The notes under the pieces are model-generated. The model saw only the letters and a program-made list of their open reading frames with translations. It had not been told where the DNA came from and did no database searches. 64,000 nt of DNA from Pseudogymnoascus verrucosus (lineage: Eukaryota): NCBI GenBank assembly GCA_001662655.1, contig KV460211.1; one strand, written 5' to 3'. Shown in pieces: positions 39,126-51,647 of this stretch. How positions within the stretch are numbered: position 1 is the stretch's first letter; every line of letters starts with the position of its first letter. The translations under genes were made by a program, and so were the position numbers.

Positions 39126-40853
39126 ATGGCACGTGTCGGTGGTAGGAGCAGAGGATGTGCCAATTGCCGCCAAAAAAGGATCAAAGTATGATAACTTCAC
39201 CCTGGCGAAATTTATAGGTGACATGCTTACATGAGGACTCTTTAGTGCAGTGAGGAGCTTCCATCCTGCTCGCAATGCGTGAAATGCGGCAAAATCTGTC
39301 CAGGTGCAGTGCAAGGCAACATCTTCATAATGTCTAGCTTTAAAGACAACGCACGTCGGAAGAAAAGCCGTGGTGTAAGTGAGACGGTCTCCAAGTCACA
39401 AGATAGCGGTACCGGTATTATTGTCCCACTCGCAATTGAGAGCTTGCACCCATCGTTTGGAAAGTTGCAAGCAACCCCATTAAACCAACTACTTTTACCT
39501 ACACGTAGAGCACCGCGTAGGACGTCACCAAGTCATGCTACACCCTCATCCTATGACAAATATATCCTGCAGCTGCTGTCATCACAACCATGCTATGTTC
39601 TGTTGGACAGACAACGCATGTCTGGCCGTTTCATTGAGTGCCTTACCAAAACCCCTGGCGCACCCATGCTGAAGGCGTGGTTGCCTCAGCTGCCCGGCAT
39701 CCTTAGCAAAAGGAGTGCCCCTACATTGACGTTTGCGCTACGGGCAGTGTCTCTAGCCTTGTTTGGCAGTCTGGCCAACGACAAAGGTGCTCAATTAGAG
39801 GGTATCAGATGGTATGAGAGAGGCTTGCAAAGTCAACAGAAAGATTTGATTTTGTTAACCAACGGAGCTCTGGCATCAGGTGTTACTGATGAAGCCATCT
39901 GTGGCCCTATCCTTCTGGCATTCTATGAGATGACGAATTGCAATACGAGCACGGATGCTTGGATGAGGCATTTGTGCGCTGCCTCGAAGCTGATGGAAAT
40001 GAGAGGGCCTGAGGCGTGCTCCTCTGGATTCGCGCATGCATTGTTTCGTGCTTTACGGTTAGCAATGGTACGCTCTATTTATTTTCATCCCCATCTTCAA
40101 TTTGAAGCCCCGAGCTAATTTGAAGTGATCATGTAGATTTACGTCACGACTGACCAGCGTAAACCGTCCTTCCTGGCAACTGATTTATGGCGCTCAGTGC
40201 CATTTTGCGAGACAGAAAAGTCTAGCTTTGACAAGCTCGTGGACATATTGACTGTGATTCCCTTAGCATTGTCAGTTTCCGATGCTGTAGCTGCGCTTGG
40301 AGATGACTCAACTCCGCAGGCGAGAGATGAGGCCGCAACTAAGCTCTTGGAAATACGACGAGGGTTGGAAAAGTGGTGGACTGAATACACATGTGAACTG
40401 ATGCAGGAAGACGGGTTGAACAGTCCATCATATATGCAGGCTGGGGATGCACATCTTACTACCAGCTTGCGCGTGACTGCACTATATGACGACCCTTTTG
40501 AGGCAGAATGTAGGGCACTCTACGACACTGGGATTATCCTCGTCTCGCACGCTCAGATATTGATCTCCCCACTACTAGACTCGACTACGCTTCGCGAGGA
40601 AATAGTTGCACATGGCTCATCAATTCTCCTTGCCGTTAACTACATTGAACGGCAAGAGGTATGGAAAGACGCAGGCGGTCCATTTCGACTGACATATCCT
40701 TTGAAAGTAGTTAGGGACACAAGCCCAAACCTACAGCAAAGCCAAGATGCAGATGCGTTTATGGCTCACTGGCGGAAGCACCGGGGGATAAACACAGATT
40801 TGACTGGTTCGAAATCAAGCTCAATTATAAATGTCACTACCACAATAGGTTGA
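39126..40853 (+). CDS. Zn(II)2Cys6 transcription factor
   Basis: The spliced N-terminus MARVGGRSRGCANCRQKRIK/CSEELPSCSQCVKCGKICPG forms the zinc cluster. The fungal TF middle region includes LAFYEM...WMRHLCAASKLMEMRGP. Introns at about 39186-39245 and 40068-40136. Confidence 0.88.
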
Positions 40854-41029
40854 AATAAATACATGTCACCCTCTGTTCCCTTGACAGGTTTCCTTTAGGT
40901 GCTCAAGCGAACCACATGGGGGAATATTTACTCCTGCTGCAAATATATGCTCCAACCCACAATCGCGAAGGCCTGATCTTAAGTTCTTAAACTCACGATA
41001 TACTATTCCAGAAAGCAAGGCCTTGATGC

Positions 41030-41300
41030 CATTGCTAGCGAACATTTATAATTTCTCCATGCTAGCTATATGAAGTCTTGGGCAATAGTTCAACAGAGAT
41101 ACTACGGAACTAAGTTTATACTCAAACGATGCAAGAACTGTGCTTCATATAGGCCAGCTACAAGAAAAGCTCAATTAGTCCTAATTATTACAGAACGAGA
41201 ATGGGAGAGAGTACAAATCGACCTCATTGGTATGAGACAGGAGCCTCTAGGCCAATTTAAGTAGATATTACACGTTAAAGATCACCCCTCAAAATATACT
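41030..41300 (+). mobile_element. Decayed retroviral-type (rve) integrase fragment
   Basis: H...YYG...CKNC zinc-binding region followed by WERVQIDLIGMR...GQFK*ILHVKDHPSKYT. The stop (TAG) sits where Trp (TGG) is expected. Confidence 0.7.
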
Positions 41301-41806
41301 CCGTCCTCTTCTTCCTTCTCCCCCTCCCCTTCATTGTCATCATCACCGTCATCGTCGTCGCCGCCCCACTGTCCATCCTCTTCTCCCTTATCATCTCTCG
41401 TCAAAGGACCGTGCGTGCCCCAGTCGAGATCGCCGTCGCCCTAGGCCTCGTGCTCTCAGATCGCCTGGAGCTGAGACAGCTCCCTCTTCCTGAAACGGAT
41501 TTTCACCAGCCGCCGCATGTCCAGCGACATCCGATACGCTGGGAAGGCGAAGGCGATGAAGCGATTACCATTGACTCCGGACATGCCTGACATGTCTTGA
41601 GAACCACGTCATGCTGGGAGGCGGATTGCTGTACAGGGTTCCCTATATGGCAAGCCCTACCACATTTTTGTGTGATTAATACCCTTGGTTCCGTGCGGCA
41701 ATTGAGAAACTCGTACTTCAAATTTACTGTATCTTTATAACCAAGCCAAGCAGACTAAAAAGATACAGCCGAACAACTAAAATCGCTAACATCCACTTAC
41801 CCATTT

Positions 41807-42641
41807 CTACTCTTTCCACGGGACGTCCTTATACTCAACATCTCTATTAGGCCATCCGCCCATTTTTGATATAAGAGCCCCGATTGTATCATCTCCTCCT
41901 CCCCAGTAATAGCTCGTAAAGTTATGCATCAGATCCGCTCCGTTAAGTAGGGCGCCGCTGGTCCAGAGTTTGCCGTCTCGTACCCATCTCTTCTCAACCC
42001 AGTTTGACTTAGGTCCGTTTCGGCGAAGCTCGTTAAGTAGGAATCGAGGGCCTGTTACAGTCTTGCCTTCTAATAAGCCAGCTTGTAGAGGGACCTCAAC
42101 ACCAGCACATATTGTGAGGAAGGCGGAGCTCGTCTCCCAGCTCTTGCGCACGAAGCGTAGTTCCGAATCGTTTGGCGTATAGCCAAAATTATGTGCACCA
42201 ATGAGCACAATGTCAAGTGGTGGGCAAGTCTCAAAAGTATCCTGAAATGTCAGCGTATATCATGCGAACGCTGTTCAGAAAAAAATGAGTGCAATGCGGC
42301 AGTTGCTCTGTGAGACATTTCCACTTACTGTAGGAACTATGCGTAAACCACTAGTGAGCTGACTGTATGTTGTCTCCCCAGTTTCAGAGACCCAATGAAT
42401 CTTGAAGTCGATTGCTCTTGCCTTGAGACTTGGCGGAACTAGCGCATCTGGGAATGTTGAGATAAAGTCTTTGCCTAGTGAATAAATCATATCGATAGGT
42501 GCCACATCAAGCACTTCAGTAATTCTGACAGCGTGCTTAGTATCATCTTCTTGTATGGTAGGACGCTACCCACCCTCCCATCAGAATCACACCCACATGA
42601 ATTGGGCGATTGGGGTTGGACAGGTCTAGTACCTGTGCCAT
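41807..42641 (-). CDS. DJ-1/PfpI (ThiJ) family protein
   Basis: Exons MAQVLDLSNPNRPIHVGVILMG, EVLDVAPID...LTSGLRIVPT and CPPLDIVLIGAH...LTICAG (nucleophile Cys)...GLLEGKTVTGP...WVRDGKLWTSG. Confidence 0.88.
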
Positions 42642-44208
42642 GATTGCCTGTCGGACAGCTTGGTCGAGGTTGCTGATGAAAGTTGTCGATAGTGGTGATA
42701 ACAATGATGCAAGCAGAGAAGTGTATACGAATTTAGCTCGGACTTTATACTTATTTGTAGGAATGAGACAAGAATCTGTTGGCCCTAATCTGCATTACCT
42801 TCACACTGAGTAATGCGTAAGTAATCATTGCGAGGCCATCCACACAAAACGAACGTCTTACCGTAATGAGCAAGTATTGCGAGGCTTGTTGTATGTAGAC
42901 AAGGCTATGGTTCTTCTGCCTTAGGGGCTGCTGCTAGTTCCATTAAGGCATCTATACAGCAGACTGCTAGTTGTATAGATTCATAGGTTGAAGTTGGGAA
43001 ACTTTTCGAAGAACTCAGTACTAGAGATGCTCACTAAACTTGTCCTACTAAAATACTCTGCATGGACGCTTGTAGGGATAATCGAGCCAAGTGCTAGCTC
43101 CGAATATTACTATGGCTCTAGATTGATGATAGCATTTTCTTAATTAGTATTATTAGCAACTGCAGCAACTATAAAACCAGTATGGAGTAATTTTAATTAT
43201 CTAATGCTGCTTATCCTACGCCTCTAAGGTAGGTGAGCCAAACAAATCACACATAAATGGTAGGAAAATCTACTGAATGCAGTGTGATAAGGCCTGTTGA
43301 CAGCAATATAAAGCTCCCGGTGGCAAGGCACCTCTCTTACCTACTACAGGAAAATAAATCAAGTACAATGCTTCTTGACAGCAATATAAGCACTAACTAG
43401 TAGACAGCCAACGTTGTCGCAAAAATATCCAGATCTAGTTAGTATAGTGTAGCCAAATAAAACTTATCGCGGAACAAAACACGTGAACATGTGCCTAGAC
43501 CGTACATTTTAAAGAGCATAATTGGCTTTAAAAAGTAGACTATGAGCTGGAGAAGGTAGATCCTTAGGCTTGGGTGTTTATGGACATGATTTTGTCACGT
43601 GAATTTTTCATTAGACTAGCGCTCAGTTTATTCTCCGAGCCTACACGTGACCCCGTTATGAACGCAGAGTATTGGAGGAAGTACCGGAATACAAGGACCG
43701 CACCGGTTGTATGGTGTTTCCAGTGGCTAGGGCTTCTAACTTTGGCGCAACGGGCAAGAAGCTTAACAGTATATACAGTATTTAGAATAAATAGATGGCA
43801 TAAGGTATAACTTCGAAAACCACCAGTCGCCGCCAAATAGTCCCGAGACGGAAGGCGGCTTAGTGAAGCGCTTAGGCTAATTTGTAAGATATCCTATTTA
43901 GGAGATTTTTGAGAGCCAATGAGAATTCCTTTCTAAATCTACCAGTACGAGATTACGGACTTAATGTCGCCCATACATCAATCTTATACTCTGGTGTTGA
44001 AAAACTGAGGTTAAAAATGCTGGTATATTTCTAAGCATTACTTACTATATTTTACAAATCAAAGATGCTATGGAGCAAGTTAATACAGGGCTGTCTTCAA
44101 CATGATATATAGTTTTAAGTGGCAGTTAAAGTGAAATAACCGCCCCGACTAAAATATAAGTTAACTCAAGATTTTTAGGAGCTAATATTTTAGTTGCAGT
44201 TACTTGCA

Positions 44209-46179
44209 ATGACTTCTCATGAGGCTCGAAATTCCGAGTCCGGCATTCTTGACCACGCTTCCAAACCAGTTGATTCCCAGAAAGGAATATGTAGCTGTCG
44301 TTTGCAAGAAACTTCTATTGTTCAATGGATAGATGAATCAATCCATCTAGGCTCAGTCGACAAACACCTGGCTCCCGCTGGTGTTGATGGATACGAAGTC
44401 CGGTTCAGCGGAAGCAGCGACAGGCAGGATCCAAGAAACTTTAGCAAGGCTACAAAATGGATCATTGTGATTGTCCTCTCTCTATCTTCAGCATCAGTGT
44501 AAGATCCCATTCGCATGGTTGAATTTCTGCATGCTTACAGCTCTGCGCGACAGGGCTTGCGATTCTGCCTTATACACGACTACCTACGATCAAATTATGG
44601 TCGAGTTTCACTGTTCAAAACTTGCGGCTACAGCTGGACTCTCGACATTTATTTTAGGAATGGGGATCTCGCCCTTGTTTCTCTCGCCACTCTCGGAGGT
44701 TTCTGCTCCATCTCCATTGCCGTACTTCCTTAACTGACTTGATTTAGTTCTATGGAAGGCGGCCAATATACATTATCTCATTAACATCCAGCTTAATTTG
44801 GTTGGTACTTTGTGCAGTCGCAAAGAACATCCAGACTATGGTAATAGCCCGCCTTTTGGGTGGTCTGTCTGGAGCAGCATTTCTTAGTGTTGCAGGAGCA
44901 AGTGTAGGGGATCTTTTTGATCATCACGAGCTCCAGTTTCCCATGACCATATACTCCGGAATCCAATTCATGGGCCCCGAGTTAGGTCCGATAGTAGGTG
45001 GATTTATCAACTACAATGCAACCTGGTAATAGAGCTCCTTACAGATCTCCCTGATTCTCATTTATTTGAGACTCGTTCAAGGCCTGTTGCTGACTGATAA
45101 TAGGCATTGGACATACTATTTCATGCTCATATGGACTGGCTTTGCACTCGTTTTGACCTTGGTCTTTGTGCCAGAGACTTATCATCCTGTATTACTTCTC
45201 AAGAGAGCCGAAAAGCTCCGAAAGAAGACAGGAGACGACCGATATCATGTTGGGAGTGGTCTGAGACAAACAAAATCAGTGCTAGAAACCATAACGTGGT
45301 CATTTCTTCGCCCACTTGAAATGCTACTGTTCGAGCCCATGTGCTTGAGTCTTTGTATGCACTCTTCCCTTCTTCTTGGAATTTTATACCTCTTTTTTGG
45401 CGCCTTTCCCTTGGTATTTGCCACCAACCATGGGTTCAACATATGGCAAGTTGGCTTGACATTCCTAGGTTTAGCCATTGGGATTCTATTTGGCATTTCC
45501 ACGACTCCGTACTGGCAAAAGAATTACCAACAGCTAGTGAAAAATCGACATACTGAGGATAGTGAGGATGGCAAGCCCGAGCCAGAGTACCGCTTGCCTC
45601 AAGTTATAGTAGGTGCTGTTTTGGTACCAGCTGGTTTATTCTGGTTTGGCTTTACAACATACACATCAGTCCATTGGATTGTTCCAGTAATTGGTAGCGG
45701 GCTCTTCGGGATGGGGTAAATAGCATTACGTCCCATGTTTCGCACAAGCAGCAGCTAATTTTTAGGTGCAGCGTATTTCTCTCGTTTTCAGGCACCTGGA
45801 CATTTTTAGTTGATGCATATCCTTTATACGCTGCAAGCGCACTTGCTGCCAACAGTTTTGCTAGAAGCACCTTTGCGGCTATCTTTCCTTTATTTGGCAT
45901 TCAAAGTGAGTAACTCTAGTTAGAGTAATGAACACATCCTTGGTAGAACGTTGTTAACCATACCCTTAGTGTACGAAAGGCTTGGTTTTGACTGGGCTAC
46001 GGCGGTGCTAGCCTTCATTACTCTAGCGATGATTCCTTTCCCGTAAGATTTACCTTACTGCACAGAAACTTCTCGAGATGTTAATCTGAATTGTTTTTTA
46101 CAGATTTATATTCTTTAAGTATGGGAAGAAGATCCGAGGCAAGAGTCGATTCGCCTCGACATTTGAAGGAGCAAAATGA
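44209..46179 (+). CDS. MFS transporter, DHA1 drug:H+ antiporter-like
   Basis: DPRNFSKATKW, LSPLSE/FYGRRPIY, GPELGPIVGGFI, PETYHPVLL and PEPEYRL. Multiple introns. Ends ...STFEGAK*. Confidence 0.9.
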
Positions 46180-46915
46180 CGACATCCATCCATTCCTTGC
46201 AGAACCCTTATAGTCTATGTACAACACAAACATGAGTATAAATATATCTATATAACGTAATGTATGGGGAAGTCGGACATATGGGGTAGTCGAAAATGTT
46301 TATTCTACTCTAGTTGACTTAGTCCTACGTGCCACATACTCCTCCAATTCCAATTCTGAGTCGCTTGAATCATTCTCTACCTCTCCCTCTTCAACTTTCT
46401 ATTCTACAATTGGTCGCTTGCGTGGCCTTCCACGTGGTCTTTTCTCAGTTGACTTCAACTCTGCCTCACGGACATTTTCAAGACTCCCTCGGTACTGACG
46501 GCAATGCTCTTGCACGGACTGATGATATTATTAATTCTAGAAGGGTGTTTTTGATTGCACAGGCTTACGGCTTGAAGTTATATGAGCTGGCACTATTTTG
46601 GCAGAGGGACGACCTAGAGTCCTCCATTGACCTGGAATCCCTTAGGGGCTACGTTAATGTGAGAGTCAAATTGGGTCTCTCTGTTGACCATTCGTTACGT
46701 TTTGTTGAGCTGTGTTTGTTTGTCCTTGGCCCGTCCGCTCGTTATATGAATACGTGGCCGGGTTGGCAATGTAGACATCGATACGCCCTCTTTAGGATCG
46801 ATTATATCATTCTACTACCTGTTTTTCAATCTATTACACACCTCAACGACCATTTCAATGACTTAATATACGATTCCACATCCTACTTTCATTATATGCT
46901 AGGCTAGATGGCCCA

Positions 46916-49034
46916 TCACAACAACGTGACCCCCGTCCTCGTAACGCCCGCCCCTACCGCCACCGTCCCAAAATAACTCCTCACTGTCACGCTTGCTGGC
47001 TGCGGTGTGCTCCTCGCAGCATACGTGTACACCCCCGGCCCCGCCCTCGTCATTAGCACCTCCGCTCCATTTCCAAAGCGACACTTCATGCTCGCGCTAG
47101 CGTCAACAAGCTCCGTACGCACCGTTACGGCAACGGTCCCGCTCTGCTTGCTTTGCCACGTGAATGTTTCGATCACGGGGTGGTCGATGGACGTCTTGTC
47201 CGCGGTGATGACAATGGTGTCATTTGCCACGCTGCCGGAGGGGACATGGGTGATGAGCAGGAGGAACTCGCGGACCTCGTTGGTGGTGCCGAGGTTGACG
47301 GGGAGGTTGAGAGTGGTGACCGTTGCGTCGGGAGAGGCGATCTCGATGTTAATGATCGAACCACCAATTTGAGACCATTTATATGCGAGGTCTGCAGTGG
47401 GGATATTTGGAGCGGTTTGTGCGCCGCTGAGAGTGACGCGTACACCGCCGCGGACTGTCTGGTCAGAACCTGCGTCGACGATGAGGGGGACGGGGGTTAT
47501 AGTCGGAACTACTGTGGTTGTGGCTGTTACCACTTCAGTCCCGGTCTCCGTTGGCTCTGGAATTTCTGTGGTGGCGCTGACGGATGTGACGGGATCGGTA
47601 CAAATAGAAATAGGGGTGGGAGGCGTCGCACCAGGCCAGGGAGTAAGTTGCCTGAATATTTTGCCGCTCGAATAGGGTCCGAATCCGTTGGCAAGCGGAC
47701 CAATGCCCGAGAAGTCGAGCGGTGGGTTGACGGCCCCGGGTGTGATGACTTCGGGGAAAATCCATTCTGTAACTGGCTGAACGTACTGCCCAGAGAGAAT
47801 TCCGTTTGTGGTGAGTTTCTGGCCTGACGCAAGCTTCACGCGGTAGTTTCGAGTGTAGTATCCAATATCCTGGCGGTCGGAGCGCCACTCCCACTTGGAT
47901 CTGCCCCCGGCGACGTTTTCGGGAATCGCACTCCCAATGAGTCGATCGGATTCCACGCCTGTACATGGGTTAATGTCGATGGCATAGATGGATACTAGCG
48001 TGTTCGGATCCGTTGTATAGCCTACAAACTGTTGAGAGTTTAGATTGTATCCAAAGACAGGGTGAGGGATGCTCCTACTCTGGCTCTGGCAAATTCAACG
48101 TCAGGATTGTTATTAATGACGCCGATAAGTGCATCTTCAACCAAGATGAACCCTGGTGCTGTGCCGGCAGTCGTGTAGATTCCAACGTTCGCAGTGAGCG
48201 CGTAGCAGAGCAATTCTCCACCAAACTCAATATATGAGAATTCGACATAATCGCCCACTTTTAGTGGTGCCATTAGCATCGGATTCGGTACAAAGCTATA
48301 CATATTAGCTTCCCGGTACCACAGTAGCTAACTGATAAACTTACTAGTTCTTTGGATTAGGCACAGCGGTTGGCCTGTTACTCTGCGGACAAAGAGGGTC
48401 ATCGCCGGATCGAGGCACGCACATGGGAAAGCCACCAAAGCTCGTAATAGAGGGATTCTCATCGTCAGCTGTGAAGAATGGGACGGCCGTTGTTCCAGAG
48501 CTATATCTCGCCCGAGGATCGTTGATACGAATCGTTGGTCCGTGAAGGAGTTTGATGGCTCCATCGAAACTTAAGCTCTCTATAATTCCATTCGAGGCCT
48601 GTAGGCTGAGTTGGGACACAGCCATCTGGCCCGCAATGATTGTTTCGCCAACAACGTTCCCGGTAATCTATAAGACTTAGTATTCTTGTTTACAGAATGA
48701 GATATAATAATTTGGCTTACGGAAACTTCATTTGGGCCTGCTCGATCACCTGCTGCAAACTCTGCGAAGGGTACCTGTGCTGCGGGAAAATCGACAAGCA
48801 AGTTGTCGGGAATTCGAATGTTATATCCGCTAACGCTCACAGAGCCACCAGAGTTAACCTCTGTGCCTATGACATTTACACTTTGAAACTATGTCAGTGG
48901 ACTTCTTGGGACGTAGCTAAAGTGGCTGCATACCTGCCCAGAATTCCTACCACCGTGAAGGGATACACTGCGGGCTGTCCTACCACCAATGTAGGGGCAA
49001 ATGCTGCAACCAAGAGACAGAATGAGAGCAACAT
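46916..49034 (-). CDS. Secreted uncharacterised protein with Thr-rich linker and C-terminal PKD/Ig-like beta domains
   Basis: Signal peptide MLLSFCLLVAAFAPTLVVG. Exons include IRIPDNLLVDFPA, IRINDPRARYS, DDENPSITSFGGFPMCVPRSGDDPLCPQSNRP, PLKVGDYVEFS and GQYVQPVTEWIFPE. VDAGSDQTV...VTLSG...YKWSQIGG is PKD-like. About four introns. Confidence 0.8.
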
Positions 49035-50051
49035 TCCGCGTCAAAGCAGAAAAGACTAAGACAGGACCTGCTAAAAGACAGTAGCAGTAGCTCTATAACT
49101 TTGTAGCCGCAGTCCTCGATTGGTATGGGCACGCGGAAGGAGGATCGTTGGGGAGAGAGTGTCAGATAGCTCCCGAGTGACTACCGATTGTGCCAACAGG
49201 CATGGCGCTTCCTAGGTTATATCATTGCAGCGTCGAATTTCAAACACCAAAGTCAAAAGCAAGGAGAGGCGCTCGCCACAGTCACGCCCATCTCTATCAT
49301 TGACCAATTTTCTCTAAAACTAACGCGGCAGATGTGGAATACTCCGACCGCCAAGCTCGCCCTGTAGTCTCGACTGAGTGTAAGTAATCCTCCCGTACTA
49401 TCGATTTCTCAATTCAGAAGAATATGTTCGTGTTTTGCAAAATACCAAGTAAGGCTACATTTCCATCTGTAGACCCAGGTAAACTCCCGCAGAAGATGGA
49501 TCCTCGTCTAAACGACCCTACATGAGACGACAACAAAGCTGAATATGAGAAATGACGGCTTCGTGTATGTCCCGTCCCGTAGACAGTGGCGTTCATTACT
49601 GTATGTACACGCGTGACTCAACAAGAAGCTGAACGAAAGTAGTCGAGGGTGGCCTAGATTATTGACAGTAACGGAGGGTCGCATCGATTGGGCCTCTTGG
49701 CCTCGCCTTGTCTCATGTCGCCAATATTTATCGCGTGCGCTGTGTCCCTCAAGGCGCCAAGATGTCTTATGGGGACGCCAATGTGCTACTATAGGTCGTA
49801 GGGGCCAACGTGGGGAAAGGCATCATGCTCGGGAAGATGCGCGACAGTACATGGCGTAGCCACGTATCCCTCGTCTGATAGATTCCTCTCTATTCCAAGT
49901 TCCAATGGTCGATTCTCCGGGGGCGAACGACGTAATGTGGGACGATCTCGTGTTAGGCCCTGTATCCCTTCTATTCAAATGCCACTCCACAAGGGGATTG
50001 GGATTGGACTAAATCAGCGGTCAACCCGAACGACAGCACGGCTGGCAGCAC

Positions 50052-50172
50052 GGCACGACACGGCTCCAAAACTCCACGTCTTGGCGCTTGTGGCACGACA
50101 GGGCTCCAAAACTCCACGTCTTGGCGCTTGTTGGCACGACACGGCTCCAAAACTCCACGTCTTGGCGCTTGT
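50052..50172. repeat. Tandem repeat, 40-bp unit x3
   Basis: GGCACGACA(C/G)GGCTCCAAAACTCCACGTCTTGGCGCTTGT at 50052, 50092 and 50133. Confidence 0.95.
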
Positions 50173-51647
50173 GGGCAAGCAGCCATTACGACCATTACGA
50201 AAAACGCCAAGCAGTTCGGGGTACAGTAACCTAGTCCTCTGATCGACGACGAGGCACTCTATTTTCGGCACTTGTACGCATCCTAGAAGAGTCGCTGCAA
50301 AGTTATATTGCACTGTTGCATGGCGGCGGCACTTTCCGCCTTCAGTTCGGTGTCAAATCGGCTCTTGACAGTCCATAGCCCAATCAAGAAGAGAAACGCT
50401 ACTAAGACCGTGCCCACAGTGCCCATCCACGGTTCGTCCCCGCGAGCCTCAACATGGCTGGTTTTGGTCGTCGCCAAGTTCCCAGGGCGAGTGGCTGGAC
50501 CAATTCTTCTCTCAGGGCGCCTTCGCATGCTGTGGTCTAGACCTGGCGCCTGCTCTTGCTTGGAGACGCCTTGTTACACAGCCGTGGCTTCTCTGATTTG
50601 ACCTGATATGCGCCAAGCACGTCGGAATTTTCGTTTTTGTAGAAGCGAGTTTGGCCAACCCAGCGCCTCCAAAGTGGAAGTTAGCTGATGTGGCGCTAAG
50701 CCCTACCACATCCAGTGCTAGAGTGGCAGCTGTGCTGCAAGCTAGGCTGTCAATAGTTCAGCCGACTTTCCATGCTGTCCGTCTTTCACCGCTCTATTAA
50801 CCTTACCATTGGGAGGAAGCCTCATGAGGTGCTCTTAGTAGAGTAGAGTGGAGTGTGTCATATAGCCTATCTGCATGAAGAGGATCAGCCATGCCGTGCT
50901 TCGCACGATTTCCGTGCGGGGGGGACGTGGGATAGCCCTAACTGGCCGCATGTGGCATATGCGCCTTAGATGCTGATGAGACTTGTTCTGTGCGCTTTGG
51001 CTTCGCGTCGCTCTCAGGACGGCTTCCAACAATAGGAATCACATCCAGGCCCAATGGACAGAGGGGGTCCCGATGATGACCTGAGAAATGACGCCCAAAT
51101 CAGCCTCTTAAAACATCCGCTATAGGCTGTAGTCTGGACGAAAACTGACCGTCTCTCGCTTCATATTTCCTCTTCCTCGTCTTGCACCAAAGCAGTTCAA
51201 TTCGCCCCATTCGGGGTCAGGCGGTCTAATCCCACCATGCCGACTGCGTCCAGATCTGACATGATACTCCATTCTGTTGGGACAGCGTGAGTTCGTTGCC
51301 TTTTGCCGAGCTGATGAGATAGAAGTCTGTTATTTCTTTCCACCTCCCTCGCAAGTTATGCCCCACTTTTGGCTATCTTTCCTGAAGCTTGATACTGTTA
51401 GACACTCCGATCGATATTTGCTCTACTATTCTGTTCGACCCACCACCCATAACAGATAATATGACGTGGATGCCACTACTCTACTCTGTCATGACCCTCT
51501 AATATCATGTTTGAAAGTATAAGTCTCGCCTCTCGTGTCATATTAAACAAAAACTTAATATACTGAGAACTCACCAATCGATTTCTTGGTGGTTAACATT
51601 CAACATTTTTGATCAAAATTACGGACTTTTGCGCCACTATATATAAC

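Noticed and set aside
43564..43836. Short ORFs in the AT-rich tract
   Set aside because: No recognisable family. Probably a degraded remnant.
46329..46907. 192-aa + strand ORF
   Set aside because: Non-ATG start and no domain. The opposite strand looks like stop-riddled decayed coding sequence, but I could not assign it.
50052..50172. CRISPR-like array
   Set aside because: The units are contiguous with no unique spacers, there are no cas genes, and the context is eukaryotic. It is a minisatellite.
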